64,000 bases of DNA from contig JAFSVL010000078.1 of assembly GCA_017445015.1 (NCBI GenBank), positions 33,909 to 97,908 on the forward strand, read 5' to 3'. Shown piece after piece: positions 10,147 through 20,125 of this stretch (position 1 is the stretch's first letter; every line of letters starts with the position of its first letter). The position numbers and the translations under genes were made by a program. The DNA comes from Bacteroidales bacterium. Its GTDB lineage: Bacteria > Bacteroidota > Bacteroidia > Bacteroidales > UBA932. Below the pieces are notes generated by a model. That model worked only from the letters and a program-made list of their open reading frames with translations, had not been told where the DNA came from and made no database searches.

Positions 10147-10713
10147 ATGACAGGGAAAGCACTGATTTTTTCCGCTCCGTCCGGATCGGGCAAGAGCACC
10201 ATCGTAGGGCATATCCTCCAACTGCATCCGGAAGTGGAATTTTCCGTTTCCGCGACTTCACGCGCCCCGCGGGGCAGCGAACAGAATGGCGTCGAATACC
10301 TCTTCCTGAGCCCCGAATCGTTCCGCGCCCTCGTCGAAGAGGACAAGTTCGTGGAATGGGAAGAAGTCTATGGGGGCAGTTGCTACGGCACCCTGAAAAG
10401 CGAGGTGGAGCGCATCTGGGCCAAGGGCCACGTCATCATTTTCGATGTCGATGTCAAAGGCGGCGTCAATCTGAAAAAATATTTCGGCGACGCGGCCCTC
10501 TCCGTATTCATCAAGGCGCCGAGCATCGAAGAACTGAGGCGCAGGCTCATCTTGCGCGCCACCGACAGCCCGGAGGCGATTGAGCGCCGGGTGGCGAAAG
10601 CCTCGGAGGAAATGCTTTATCAGAACCGTTTTGACGCCGTCCTCGTCAACGACGACCTCCCCGCCGCATTTTCCGAGGCGGAAAGACTGGTGGACGAATT
10701 CCTTTCAAAATGA
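10147..10713 (+). CDS. gmk: Guanylate kinase
   Basis: P-loop SAPSGSGKST, SATSRAPR, YGT and DVDVKGG motifs; ATG at 10147. Confidence 0.95.
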   Translation: MTGKALIFSAPSGSGKSTIVGHILQLHPEVEFSVSATSRAPRGSEQNGVEYLFLSPESFRALVEEDKFVEWEEVYGGSCYGTLKSEVERIWAKGHVIIFDVDVKGGVNLKKYFGDAALSVFIKAPSIEELRRRLILRATDSPEAIERRVAKASEEMLYQNRFDAVLVNDDLPAAFSEAERLVDEFLSK

Positions 10714-11267
10714 GGATCGCCGTTTTCTCCGGCTCCTTCAATCCGCTTCATATAGGGCATCTTGCCATTTTGGAGCGGCTCTGCGGCGAGCGCCGCTTCG
10801 ACGGAGTATATCTGGTCATCTCACCGGTCAGTCCGTTCAAGGAGGACGTGGAACAGCCGTCGGGGAAGGCGCGTTACAATGCCGCCGTGGCGGCCGTCAA
10901 AAGACATCCGGAACTCCAAGTGAAAGTGGACGACATCGAACTGGGAATGGAGGCGCCCCACTACACCATAACCACCCTGGACGCCCTGAAAAGGCGCGAA
11001 CCGGACAACGATTTCACGCTCGTCATCGGAGCCGACAACCTCGCTGAAATCCGCCGGTGGAAGGATTACCAAAAACTGCTCACGAAATACGGCGTGGCGG
11101 TCTATCCGCGCGGCGGAATCGACCTCGAAGCCGTCCGCAGCGCCCTCCTGCACGAAAACAGCCTCTACGACATCGCTGTCATAGAGGCTCCTCTCATCGA
11201 CATATCCTCCACACGAATCCGCGAAGGGATGGCCCGCGGCGAGGATATGTCCGCCTATCTGATGTAA
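10710..11267 (+). CDS. nadD: Nicotinate-nucleotide adenylyltransferase
   Basis: GSFNPLHIGH (HxGH), IGADN and ISSTRIR motifs. Confidence 0.93.
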   Translation: MRIAVFSGSFNPLHIGHLAILERLCGERRFDGVYLVISPVSPFKEDVEQPSGKARYNAAVAAVKRHPELQVKVDDIELGMEAPHYTITTLDALKRREPDNDFTLVIGADNLAEIRRWKDYQKLLTKYGVAVYPRGGIDLEAVRSALLHENSLYDIAVIEAPLIDISSTRIREGMARGEDMSAYLM

Positions 11268-13187
11268 TTACTGCTCGTCGGGAGCGTCGTTCCCGTTGCC
11301 ATAGTCAGGCTGGGGACCGCCCTGGGGGCCCTGCTGCCCGGCACCGGGGTCGAATCCGGCACCCGCACCGTTCTGCGCGGCGCCCGCGGCCTTCGCCATG
11401 TCCTCGGACGCGGCGTGCCAGGCGGCTTCGAGGGCGGAGTTGGCGCTGTCTATCGCAGCGATATCCTTGGCTTCGACAGCCTTCTTGAGTTCGCCGCAGG
11501 CATTCTCGATGGCGGTCTTCTTTTCCGCAGGGATCTTGTCGCCATACTCCTTGAGGTTCTTTTCGGTCTGGAAGACCATGGCATCGGCGTTGTTGATCTT
11601 GTCAACCCTTTCCTTCTCCGCCTTGTCAGCCTCCTCGTTGGCCTTCGCCTCATCCCGCATGCGCTGGATTTCGGCCTCGGAAAGTCCGCTGGACGCTTCG
11701 ATGCGGATGCTCTGCTCCTTGCCCGTGGCCTTATCCTTTGCAGACACGTTCAGGATACCGTTGGCATCGATATCAAAGGACACCTCAATCTGAGGGATTC
11801 CGCGCGGTGCGGGAGCGATGCCGTCCAGATGGAAGATACCGATCTGCTTATTGTCCTTGGCCATCGGGCGCTCGCCCTGCAGCACCCGGATCTCCACCGA
11901 GGGCTGGTTGTCCGCTGCCGTAGAGAATACCTGGCTCTTCTTCGCCGGTATCGTGGTATTGGACTCGATGAGTTTCGTCATGACGCCGCCGAGCGTTTCG
12001 ATACCGAGCGAAAGCGGGGTGACGTCGAGCAGCAGCACATCCTTCACGTCGCCTGCAAGCACGCCGCCCTGGATAGACGCTCCGATGGCGACCACCTCAT
12101 CCGGATTCACGCTCTTGTTCGGTTCCTTTCCGAAGAACTCCTTCACCATCTGCTGGATGCGCGGGATACGGGTAGAACCGCCGACAAGCAGGACTTCATC
12201 GATATCGGAAGCGCTCATGTGCGCATCTGCAAGGGCCTTGCGGCAAGGTTCGATGCTGCGGCGGAAAAGATCGTCGCACAGGGCTTCGAACTTGGCACGG
12301 GAAAGGCTGCGCACCAGGTGCTTCGGCATTCCGTCCACGGCCGTGATATAAGGCAGGTTGACTTCCGCGCTATTGGCATTGGAGAGTTCGATCTTCGCCT
12401 TCTCCGCCGCTTCCTTGAGGCGCTGAAGGGCCATCGGATCCTTCTTGAGGTCCATGCCGCCGTTCTCGGAAGCGAATTCGGACGCAAGCCAGTCGATGAT
12501 GACCTGGTCGAAATCATCGCCGCCCAGGTGGGTATCGCCATTGGTGGACTTGACTTCGAACACACCGTCTCCCAGTTCGAGGATGGAGATATCGAAAGTA
12601 CCGCCGCCAAGGTCGTACACCGCGACCTTCATATTCTTGTTCTTCTTGTCCAGGCCATAGGCAAGGGCCGCCGCCGTGGGCTCATTGATGATCCGCTTCA
12701 CATTGAGTCCGGCAATCTTGCCCGCCTCCTTGGTGGCCTGCCGCTGGGAGTCCGAGAAATAAGCAGGGACCGTAATGACGGCTTCGGTGACTTCCTGACG
12801 CAGATACTCTTCCGCCGTTTTCTTCATTTTCTGCAGGATAACCGCGGAAATCTCCTGCGGAGAATACAACTTCCCGTCAATATCCACGCGGGGCGTATTA
12901 TTGTCTCCCTTGACTACCTTATAAGGTACGCGGGAAACCTCAGCGCCCACCTGGTCATAGGTCTCGCCCATAAAACGCTTGATGGAGAAAATGGTATTGT
13001 GAGGGTTGGTGATGGCCTGGCGCTTTGCCGGGTTGCCGACCTTGCGCTCGCCGCCGCCGGTGAAAGCCACGACGGACGGCGTGGTACGCGCGCCCTCGTC
13101 ATTGATGATAACGGTAGGCTGGTTGCCTTCCATGACCGAAACACACGAATTGGTGGTTCCAAGGTCGATTCCGATAATTTTTCCCAT
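11268..13187 (-). CDS. dnaK: Chaperone DnaK (Hsp70)
   Basis: [19 protein letters not shown] and [11 protein letters not shown] signatures. Confidence 0.99.
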   Translation of the reverse strand: MGKIIGIDLGTTNSCVSVMEGNQPTVIINDEGARTTPSVVAFTGGGERKVGNPAKRQAITNPHNTIFSIKRFMGETYDQVGAEVSRVPYKVVKGDNNTPRVDIDGKLYSPQEISAVILQKMKKTAEEYLRQEVTEAVITVPAYFSDSQRQATKEAGKIAGLNVKRIINEPTAAALAYGLDKKNKNMKVAVYDLGGGTFDISILELGDGVFEVKSTNGDTHLGGDDFDQVIIDWLASEFASENGGMDLKKDPMALQRLKEAAEKAKIELSNANSAEVNLPYITAVDGMPKHLVRSLSRAKFEALCDDLFRRSIEPCRKALADAHMSASDIDEVLLVGGSTRIPRIQQMVKEFFGKEPNKSVNPDEVVAIGASIQGGVLAGDVKDVLLLDVTPLSLGIETLGGVMTKLIESNTTIPAKKSQVFSTAADNQPSVEIRVLQGERPMAKDNKQIGIFHLDGIAPAPRGIPQIEVSFDIDANGILNVSAKDKATGKEQSIRIEASSGLSEAEIQRMRDEAKANEEADKAEKERVDKINNADAMVFQTEKNLKEYGDKIPAEKKTAIENACGELKKAVEAKDIAAIDSANSALEAAWHAASEDMAKAAGAAQNGAGAGFDPGAGQQGPQGGPQPDYGNGNDAPDEQ

Positions 13188-13267
13188 AATTATAATTCCT
13201 TTTTTGTTTTGATAATTTCAATCACTCCGGAACACGCCTTTCAGAGCAGGTTCCGGCGTACAACTCA

Positions 13268-13307
13268 TCAAAACGTTTGCCAGTGCCGCACCTCTGACAA
13301 ATTGTCA
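13268..13307 (-). promoter_or_regulatory. Putative sigma54-like -24/-12 promoter and palindromic operator upstream of dnaK
   Basis: Minus strand TGGCAAACGTTTTGA (13282-13268) has GG-N10-GA spacing; perfect palindrome TGACAA-A-TTGTCA at 13295-13307. Confidence 0.5.
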
Positions 13308-13391
13308 ATTTTTAACCTTTCATGGAGACGGCGCTCCGGCAAAGGCGGCTGTCCGGGGACCGGACAGTGACAGGAAATTGACAATAATGGC

Positions 13392-13399
13392 TATCTTTG
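13392..13399 (+). promoter_or_regulatory. Bacteroidota -7 element (TATCTTTG) for the RluA-family gene
   Basis: Matches TAnnTTTG; 4 nt upstream of ATG 13404. Confidence 0.65.
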
Positions 13400-13403
13400 C
13401 GCC

Positions 13404-14123
13404 ATGATATACAGGAAACTGACCAGGGAAGAATACACGGACCTGGAGTCTCGCATACTCTACGAAGACAACCATATCCTTGCCATCGGCAAGCGCCCAG
13501 GAGAAATCACCCAGGGCGACAAGACCGGAGACGAATGCCTGACCGACACGATGAAGGCATTTATCGCCCAGCGCGATGCCAAGCCGGGCAGGGTATTCAT
13601 GGGGCTTCCGCACCGGCTGGACCGTCCCTGCAGCGGCATCGTACTGCTTGCAAAAACGTCAAAGGCACTGGAAAGGCTGTCTGCGATGTTCCGGGAAGGG
13701 AACATCCACAAGACCTACCTCGCCCTCTGCTGCTCCAGACCGGAAACGGCCGCAGGGACGCTCACGGACTGGCTTGTCAGGAAAGAGGCGATGAACAAAT
13801 CATTCATTGTCCCTCCCGGTACGCCGGGCGCAAAAGAAGCCCGGCTTGAATACAAATATATCCTGAGTACCGACCGATACCATCTGCTGGAAGTCCGCCT
13901 GCTCACCGGCCGCCACCACCAGATCCGCTGCCAGCTCAGCCACATCGGCTGCCCCATCAAGGGGGACCTGAAATACGGAGCCCCCCGCTCCAATCCGGAC
14001 GGCGGCGTCTGCCTCCACGCCTGGCGGGTCAGCTTCATCCATCCCGTCAGCAAAAAGGAAATCTCCGTCACGGCCCCCGTTCCCGCATCCTGGAAAGGAA
14101 TTTCTGCGGATTCTCTCCCGTAA
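13404..14123 (+). CDS. RluA-family RNA pseudouridine synthase
   Basis: HRLD catalytic motif, LTGRHHQIR, PIKGDLKYG and LHA motifs. Confidence 0.92.
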   Translation: MIYRKLTREEYTDLESRILYEDNHILAIGKRPGEITQGDKTGDECLTDTMKAFIAQRDAKPGRVFMGLPHRLDRPCSGIVLLAKTSKALERLSAMFREGNIHKTYLALCCSRPETAAGTLTDWLVRKEAMNKSFIVPPGTPGAKEARLEYKYILSTDRYHLLEVRLLTGRHHQIRCQLSHIGCPIKGDLKYGAPRSNPDGGVCLHAWRVSFIHPVSKKEISVTAPVPASWKGISADSLP

Positions 14124-14940
14124 TCTGCCGGAAGGAGGTTACGAATACATTGGACGAATTAAATCCGGAATTTATCGCCACCTGCTTGATATTCAGCGCG
14201 GGCTTCTCGCGCATCAGGGCCATCGCATAGCGGACCCGGTAGGAATTGAGCAGCGTCTTGAAATTCATCCCGGACACGGCATTGATGGTCTGGGACAAAT
14301 AGACTCGGTTGGTATAGAGGGCCCTTGCCATTTCATCTTCCCGGTAATTTGCGTTCAGGAAAGGCTGTTCCCTGACAAGGAACTGTTCGGCCCGCTCAAA
14401 AAGCGAACGCATCTGCGCAGGATCGCACTTCCCTTTCTCCGTACGACGTTTGAAATGCGCAAGATAGCCTGCCAGGCTGAAGGTACTTCCATAATAGCAC
14501 AGGACATACATGAGCACATAGAGGAAGACCAGCGGAATACCGTTCCCGACCGGCCTCAGCATCAGGACAAGGCAGGTATAGAACAGCCTGTTCTCCTTGG
14601 TCACCAGCCGGGGCATCGAGCGCCGCCGTTCCCACAGGACAATCATCAGCAACAACGGAATCGCGCAGGTCCACAGGAGAAGGTGCTGACGGGGAAGGCA
14701 CTCCCCCGCCGCCATCAAGACAACAAACAGGACGGCCTGCAGCACCGCGAAAAGGGCGCTCTCTCCCTTCAGCGGATAGAGCAGGAGAAGCAGACAACCC
14801 CCGAAAAATGCATCGCCCACCCCGCGATCCCAGATAAGGGAAGGCGCGACAGTCCAGCGCCAGCACAGCAGGAAAAGCACGGCCGCGCAGGAGAGAAGTC
14901 TTATGACGAAACGGTATGCAACGATTCTTTTCATCCGCAC
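14068..14940 (-). CDS. Membrane-anchored AraC-family transcriptional regulator
   Basis: Hydrophobic N-terminal half; C-terminal TNRVYLSQTIN...NFKTLLNSYRV...SGFNSSNVFVTSFRQITGENP AraC HTH; start GTG 14940 or ATG 14934. Confidence 0.85.
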   Translation of the reverse strand: MRMKRIVAYRFVIRLLSCAAVLFLLCWRWTVAPSLIWDRGVGDAFFGGCLLLLLYPLKGESALFAVLQAVLFVVLMAAGECLPRQHLLLWTCAIPLLLMIVLWERRRSMPRLVTKENRLFYTCLVLMLRPVGNGIPLVFLYVLMYVLCYYGSTFSLAGYLAHFKRRTEKGKCDPAQMRSLFERAEQFLVREQPFLNANYREDEMARALYTNRVYLSQTINAVSGMNFKTLLNSYRVRYAMALMREKPALNIKQVAINSGFNSSNVFVTSFRQITGENPQKFLSRMRERGP

Positions 14941-14950
14941 ATCAGGCGGT

Positions 14951-14958
14951 CAAAGATA
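14951..14958 (-). promoter_or_regulatory. Bacteroidota -7 element (TATCTTTG) for the AraC gene
   Basis: caaagata on the plus strand reads TATCTTTG on the minus strand. Confidence 0.55.
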
Positions 14959-14996
14959 AGAAATACCCCTTCCCGACCCAGCGCCGGAAAGGGGCA
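14958..14996 (-). terminator. Possible intrinsic terminator after the YitT-family gene
   Basis: Minus strand TGCCCCTT...AAGGGGTA stem followed by TTTCTT. Confidence 0.4.
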
Positions 14997-15028
14997 TCCT
15001 GCCTTCAAAATATCAGATTTTTACGTTT

Positions 15029-15976
15029 TTACATCTTTTTTTTACGTTTTATGGCTCCTCCCTTGATTGCATCGAAGCCTTCACCATAAACCCCCATCAC
15101 ATTAGACACGGAGAGGAAGGCCCGGGAGTCGATACTTTTGATGGCCCGGAGGAAAAGATTGAGGTCGCTGCGGCGGGTGATGATCATCAACACCTGCGCT
15201 TCCTGTTTGGTAAACCAGCCCTTTCCATCCAGGACGGTAACCCCGCGCTTGAGTTCCGTCGTAATATAGTCGGCAATCTCCGCGTACTTCTTGGACAGGA
15301 CGAACATCTGGACGGACTGCCTGGTTCCCGACAGGTACATATCCAGGGACATATTCTCGATACCGACCATCAGATAGCCGTAAATGATGGTGACAAACTT
15401 CTCCGTAAAAGGCATGAGCGTCCCGTCCGGGGTATAAGAGGGGAAAAGCATCGAGGAGAGGATGATCACCACGTCCATCATCATCATCAGCCGGCCCGGA
15501 GAAATATTCCGTTTCTTGTTGATCATCAGGGCAATGATGTCCGTTCCTCCGCTCGAACCGCCCTGCGACATGGAAATGCCTATCCCCACACCCACCATGA
15601 CGGCGCCGATGATGGAGGAAATCAATTTCCCGTTCTCCAGAGCCAGGCTCTGTATGACCTCCTGCGGGATAATCGACTGAAAGACATTCAGGCCCACCGA
15701 CGCCAGCACCATCGCATAAATGGTCTTGGCCCCGAAACTCCTTCCCAGCGTCTTCATCGCCAGGAGAAGCAGCACGGCATTGACAGTAAAATAAGTATAG
15801 CCGATCGTTATCTTCCCGTGCGTGGCATACTGGATGATGGAAGCGATACCCGTCACCCCGCCGCCGACAAGGTTGTTGGGCGCAAGGAAGATACACCACG
15901 CGATGACATACATCAGGATGCCCAGCGTAATCAGGGCGTATTCCTTGACGCCCGTAAGGACTTTTTTCCAGTTCAT
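15029..15976 (-). CDS. YitT-family (DUF161/DUF2179) membrane protein
   Basis: GGGVTGIA, GGSSGGTDI, RGVTVLDGKG and VYGEGF motifs; real start MNWKK at 15976 overlaps the leuS stop (TAATG). Confidence 0.88.
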   Translation of the reverse strand: MNWKKVLTGVKEYALITLGILMYVIAWCIFLAPNNLVGGGVTGIASIIQYATHGKITIGYTYFTVNAVLLLLAMKTLGRSFGAKTIYAMVLASVGLNVFQSIIPQEVIQSLALENGKLISSIIGAVMVGVGIGISMSQGGSSGGTDIIALMINKKRNISPGRLMMMMDVVIILSSMLFPSYTPDGTLMPFTEKFVTIIYGYLMVGIENMSLDMYLSGTRQSVQMFVLSKKYAEIADYITTELKRGVTVLDGKGWFTKQEAQVLMIITRRSDLNLFLRAIKSIDSRAFLSVSNVMGVYGEGFDAIKGGAIKRKKKM

Positions 15977-18711
15977 TACTTCAGCACGACATTGACAATC
16001 CGTCCGGGAACGACGATCACCTTGACAATCTGCTGCCCGCCCACATATTTTGCGGTCTGCTCCTGCGCACGGACAAAGGCTTCCACCTCCGCCGGAGAAG
16101 CGCTCTTGGGCAGTTCGACGGTAAAACGCGTCTTTCCGTTGAAAGAGACGGGATAGGTACAACTGTCCTCGACCGTATAGGCGGCGACATACTCAGGGAA
16201 TGCGGCAAAGGCGATGCTGTCCGAATGTCCGAGCGCTTCCCACAGTTCTTCCGCGATATGCGGGGCAAAAGGCGAAAGCAGCACGGTCAGGGGCTCGAGG
16301 ATCCCGCGCTTGTGGCAGTCGAGCGACACCAGGTCGTTCATGGCGATCATGAAAGCGCTGACGGTCGTATTGTAGGAGAAATTCTCTATATCCTCCTGCT
16401 CCTTGCCGATCAGTTTATGAAGCACCTTCAGTTCCTGCGCCGAAGGCTTTTCCTCCGTGACGAGCCAACGGTCATGGTCCCAGAAAAGCTTCCAGAAGCG
16501 TTTGAGGAACCGGTTCACCCCGTCGATACCCTTGGTATCCCAGGGCTTGCTCTGTTCCAGGGGGCCGAGGAACATTTCATAGAGACGCAGCGTGTCCGCG
16601 CCATAGGTATCGCAGATGTCGTCGGGATTCACGACATTGTACATGCTCTTGCTCATTTTCTCGACGGCCCAGCCGCAGATATATTCCCCGTTTTCCAGGA
16701 TAAACTGCGCATCGGCGTAATCGGGGCTCCAGGCCTTGAACCCCTCCAGGTCGAGCCGGTCATTGCGCACGAGTTTGATATCCACATGGATCTGCGTCGT
16801 CTCATACTGGTCTTTCAGGCCGAGAGAGACGAAGGTGTTGGTGCCGACAATGCGGTACACGAAATTCGAGCGGCCCTGAATCATGCCCTGGTTGACGAGT
16901 TTGCGGAAAGGTTCGTCCTCGCAGACATAGCCCAGGTCGTAGAGGAATTTGTTCCAGAAACGGGAATAAATCAGATGGCCGGTCGCATGTTCCGTCCCGC
17001 CGATGTACAGGTCAACGCTACGCCAGTAGGCATCCGCTTCCGGGCTTACCAGCGCTTCGTCGTTCGAGGGATCCATATACCTTAGATAATAGGCGCTGGA
17101 ACCTGCGAATCCGGGCATCGTGCTCTTTTCCAGCGGATAGCCGTCCCAGGTCCAGTCCTTCGCCCTTGCCAGGGGCGGTTCTCCGTCAGGGGACGGCTTA
17201 TAGGAAGCGATCTCCGGCAGGGTGAGGGGCAGGGCGCTTTCGGGGAGCGGACAGGGAATGCCCTCTTTGTAGTAAATGGGAAAGGGTTCTCCCCAGTAGC
17301 GCTGCCGGGAGAAAATCGCATCACGGAGGCGGTAATTGGTTTTCCGGTGACCGATGCCCTTCGCCTCGGCATAATCCTTCGCCGCTTCGATGGCCTCTTT
17401 GACCTCCATGCCGTTCAGGAATCCGGAATTGCACATCTTGCCCTCCTTGGCATCGAAACTCTGCTCCGACACGTCACAGCCCTCGATAATGGGGACGATG
17501 GGCAGATTGAACTTTCGGGCAAAGGCATAGTCGCGGCTGTCGTGCGCGGGGACGGCCATGATGGCGCCCGTACCATAGCCGGCAAGCACATATTCGGATA
17601 TCCAGACCGGGACTTTCTCCCCGGTCAGGGGATTGACGGCCCAGGAACCGGAAAAGACACCGGTGACGCTGCGGGTCTCCGCCATGCGTTCCCGCTCGGT
17701 TTTTTTCTTTACCGCATTCAGGTAAGCCCCGACCGCCTCCCGGCAGGAAGCCGACGTCAGTTCACTCACCAGTTCGCTCTCGGGCGCCAGCACCATGAAG
17801 GTAACGCCGAAGATGGTATCGACCCGAGTGGTAAAGATGGTAATGTCGCGCTCCCGGCCGTCGCATTCGGTATGGAATACCACTTCGGTACCGTCCGAAC
17901 GGCCGATCCAGTTGCGCTGCATTTCCTTGAGCGAATCGGTCCATTCCAACCTGTCCAACGAACTGAGCAGCCGCTCGGCATAGGCGGAAATCCGCAACTG
18001 CCACTGCGCCATTTTCTTCTGTTCCACAGGAAAACCGCCGCGCACCGAAAGCCCGTCCTTTACCTCGTCGTTGGCGAGTACCGTCCCGAGCCCCGGACAC
18101 CAGTTTACCGAAGACTCGCCCAGATAGGCGATGCGGTAGCCCATCAGGATATCGGATTTTTCCTTGTCGGAGGCTGCCTTCCAGGCGGCGGGCGTCACGT
18201 CGCCATAACCCGTCGTTTCGAACTTCCCGACCAGCGTGGAAATCGGACGTGCCTTGTCTTCCGAGGGGTCGTACCAGCTGTCGAACATCTTGAGGAAGGC
18301 CCACTGTGTCCACTTGTAAAAGCGGGGGTCGCAGGTGCGCACCTCGCGGTCCCAGTCATAGGAAAAGCCGATCCGGTCCATCTGGCTGCGGTAACGGTTG
18401 ATATTGTCCGTCGTCGTTTTTTCAGGATGCTGCCCCGTCTGTATCGCATACTGCTCCGCGGGCAGGCCGAAGGCGTCATACCCCATGGGGTGCAGGACAT
18501 TGAACCCCTTCAGGCGCTTGTAACGTGAATAAATATCACTGGCGATATAGCCCAGCGGATGCCCCACGTGAAGTCCGGCACCCGAAGGATACGGGAACAT
18601 GTCGAGCACATAGTATTTGGGTCTGGACGCATCCGCTTTTACCTTGAATGTCTTTTCCGAGGCCCAGCGGGCCTGCCACTTCTTTTCAATTGACTTGAAA
18701 TCGTAATCCAT
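15976..18711 (-). CDS. leuS: Leucine--tRNA ligase
   Basis: [14 protein letters not shown] (HIGH), KMSKS and editing-domain [14 protein letters not shown]. Confidence 0.98.
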   Translation of the reverse strand: MDYDFKSIEKKWQARWASEKTFKVKADASRPKYYVLDMFPYPSGAGLHVGHPLGYIASDIYSRYKRLKGFNVLHPMGYDAFGLPAEQYAIQTGQHPEKTTTDNINRYRSQMDRIGFSYDWDREVRTCDPRFYKWTQWAFLKMFDSWYDPSEDKARPISTLVGKFETTGYGDVTPAAWKAASDKEKSDILMGYRIAYLGESSVNWCPGLGTVLANDEVKDGLSVRGGFPVEQKKMAQWQLRISAYAERLLSSLDRLEWTDSLKEMQRNWIGRSDGTEVVFHTECDGRERDITIFTTRVDTIFGVTFMVLAPESELVSELTSASCREAVGAYLNAVKKKTERERMAETRSVTGVFSGSWAVNPLTGEKVPVWISEYVLAGYGTGAIMAVPAHDSRDYAFARKFNLPIVPIIEGCDVSEQSFDAKEGKMCNSGFLNGMEVKEAIEAAKDYAEAKGIGHRKTNYRLRDAIFSRQRYWGEPFPIYYKEGIPCPLPESALPLTLPEIASYKPSPDGEPPLARAKDWTWDGYPLEKSTMPGFAGSSAYYLRYMDPSNDEALVSPEADAYWRSVDLYIGGTEHATGHLIYSRFWNKFLYDLGYVCEDEPFRKLVNQGMIQGRSNFVYRIVGTNTFVSLGLKDQYETTQIHVDIKLVRNDRLDLEGFKAWSPDYADAQFILENGEYICGWAVEKMSKSMYNVVNPDDICDTYGADTLRLYEMFLGPLEQSKPWDTKGIDGVNRFLKRFWKLFWDHDRWLVTEEKPSAQELKVLHKLIGKEQEDIENFSYNTTVSAFMIAMNDLVSLDCHKRGILEPLTVLLSPFAPHIAEELWEALGHSDSIAFAAFPEYVAAYTVEDSCTYPVSFNGKTRFTVELPKSASPAEVEAFVRAQEQTAKYVGGQQIVKVIVVPGRIVNVVLK

Positions 18712-18714
18712 CAC

Positions 18715-20043
18715 TTATCTGTTTTTTCTTCTTTCCAGGATAAATTCCACATAGAGGGAAACTTCGCTGATGACAGGCTTTCCACGCACCTTGCCGGGTT
18801 TCCAGCGCGGGGATGCCCCCACCACCTTCACGGCTTCCTCGTCGAGGAGCGGATGCACGCCCTTGAGCACATGCGCGTCCTTTACATTTCCCTTTTCGTC
18901 AATCAGGAAATCGACCAGCACGCGGCCGTGAATGCCCTGACGGACCGCCTCCGCCGGATAATGCAGGTAGGCATATACCCATTTCTGCAGGAAAACACCG
19001 GGGTCCGTACTGCCCAGGAAGGTCGGCTTGACATCGCACTCATAATAGGGAACGACCATTTTCCCGTTCAGGCGGGCCGCCGTCGCCTCATCGAGCTTAA
19101 AGAGCGGGCGGGGGCCGCAGCAGAGCTGCACGGCGAAATTATAGATATATTCGAGTTCCCGCTCCATATTATCGTATTCGAGGATGCTCTCTGTATCCTT
19201 CTCGCTGTTATACTCGGGATACATGCCGGTCGTAAAGAACACCGACGGAATCTCCTTGTCATAGAAAGCCTTGTGGTCTGAAAAGCAGGGCTCGCGCGTT
19301 ACGACCTGCGGCACGATCGGCTGCAGGGTGGCAGACAGGTTGGAGAGGAACTGCGTCAGGTCGGCATTCCCCGAAGGCCAGGCATAAAAGCCCGAAGAGG
19401 CCGTCCCCAGCATATCGAGGTTGATCATCGCATCGATTTTGTCCACCGCGGAAAAGCTTCGGTTCAGAAAATACCAGGATCCCGCGCCCAGCATGCAGGA
19501 CGCCCCGAAAGCGGCGATGATTACCGAACGGCGCAGCAGCACCTTGTTGCGCTGGAGCATCGACGCCAGCTGGATCAGCATGGCAAGCCCGGAAGCATTG
19601 CCGTTGGCACCGTAGCAGATGCGCGTCACTTTCTCTCCGTCTATCGTCAGTTCATAGGTCCCGATATTGTCCAGGCGCGCACCGATGACGATATAATGGT
19701 CTGCAACGGACTTGTCATAACCGGGGATAAAGGCCAGCACATTGTGCGATGAAAGGGTATCCCCGTTCTCCTGGCGGATGCCGAAGGGCTCTCCCTGAGG
19801 TCCCGTCAGCACATCGACACCCTCTTCCTCCAGCCGGGAAGAGACATAACGCGCCGCCTCCCTCTCCCCTTCCGAACCGGCTTTCCTGCCTTCAAGGGCC
19901 GCAGAAGCGAGGAAACGCACATCTTCACGCATCGCCGCCACCGTCACGCTCTCATACAGGTCTCCGTACGGAGGCCTGCGGTACTGGGCCGGCAACGTCA
20001 GCGTAGCCAGCAGCAGACAAACTATGGTAAAAAGCCGTTTCAT
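18715..20043 (-). CDS. M28-like peptidase domain (degenerate metal ligands) fused to a TonB C-terminal domain
   Basis: LEGRKAGSEG, NVLAFIPG, NLDMLG and SDH (M28 scaffold); C-terminal YPAEAVRQGIHGRVLVDFLID...LDEEA...WKPG (TonB_C). Confidence 0.8.
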   Translation of the reverse strand: MKRLFTIVCLLLATLTLPAQYRRPPYGDLYESVTVAAMREDVRFLASAALEGRKAGSEGEREAARYVSSRLEEEGVDVLTGPQGEPFGIRQENGDTLSSHNVLAFIPGYDKSVADHYIVIGARLDNIGTYELTIDGEKVTRICYGANGNASGLAMLIQLASMLQRNKVLLRRSVIIAAFGASCMLGAGSWYFLNRSFSAVDKIDAMINLDMLGTASSGFYAWPSGNADLTQFLSNLSATLQPIVPQVVTREPCFSDHKAFYDKEIPSVFFTTGMYPEYNSEKDTESILEYDNMERELEYIYNFAVQLCCGPRPLFKLDEATAARLNGKMVVPYYECDVKPTFLGSTDPGVFLQKWVYAYLHYPAEAVRQGIHGRVLVDFLIDEKGNVKDAHVLKGVHPLLDEEAVKVVGASPRWKPGKVRGKPVISEVSLYVEFILERRKNR

Positions 20044-20087
20044 CCGGGTACAAAATGCAAATTTAGCAATATTTCAAAATAGATTCT

Positions 20088-20095
20088 TATTTTTG
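20088..20095 (+). promoter_or_regulatory. Bacteroidota -7 element (TATTTTTG) for the DUF389 gene
   Basis: Matches TAnnTTTG in the divergent intergenic gap. Confidence 0.5.
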
Positions 20096-20125
20096 TAGCC
20101 AAACGAAAAAAATTGCTTTACGCCT

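Noticed and set aside
11415-13370. 651-aa ORF antisense to dnaK
   Set aside because: A well-known shadow frame of GC-rich hsp70 genes; no independent evidence for coding.
15977-16162. N-terminal extension of the YitT ORF in the track
   Set aside because: Overlaps leuS in another frame; ATG 15976 coupled to the leuS stop is the sensible start.
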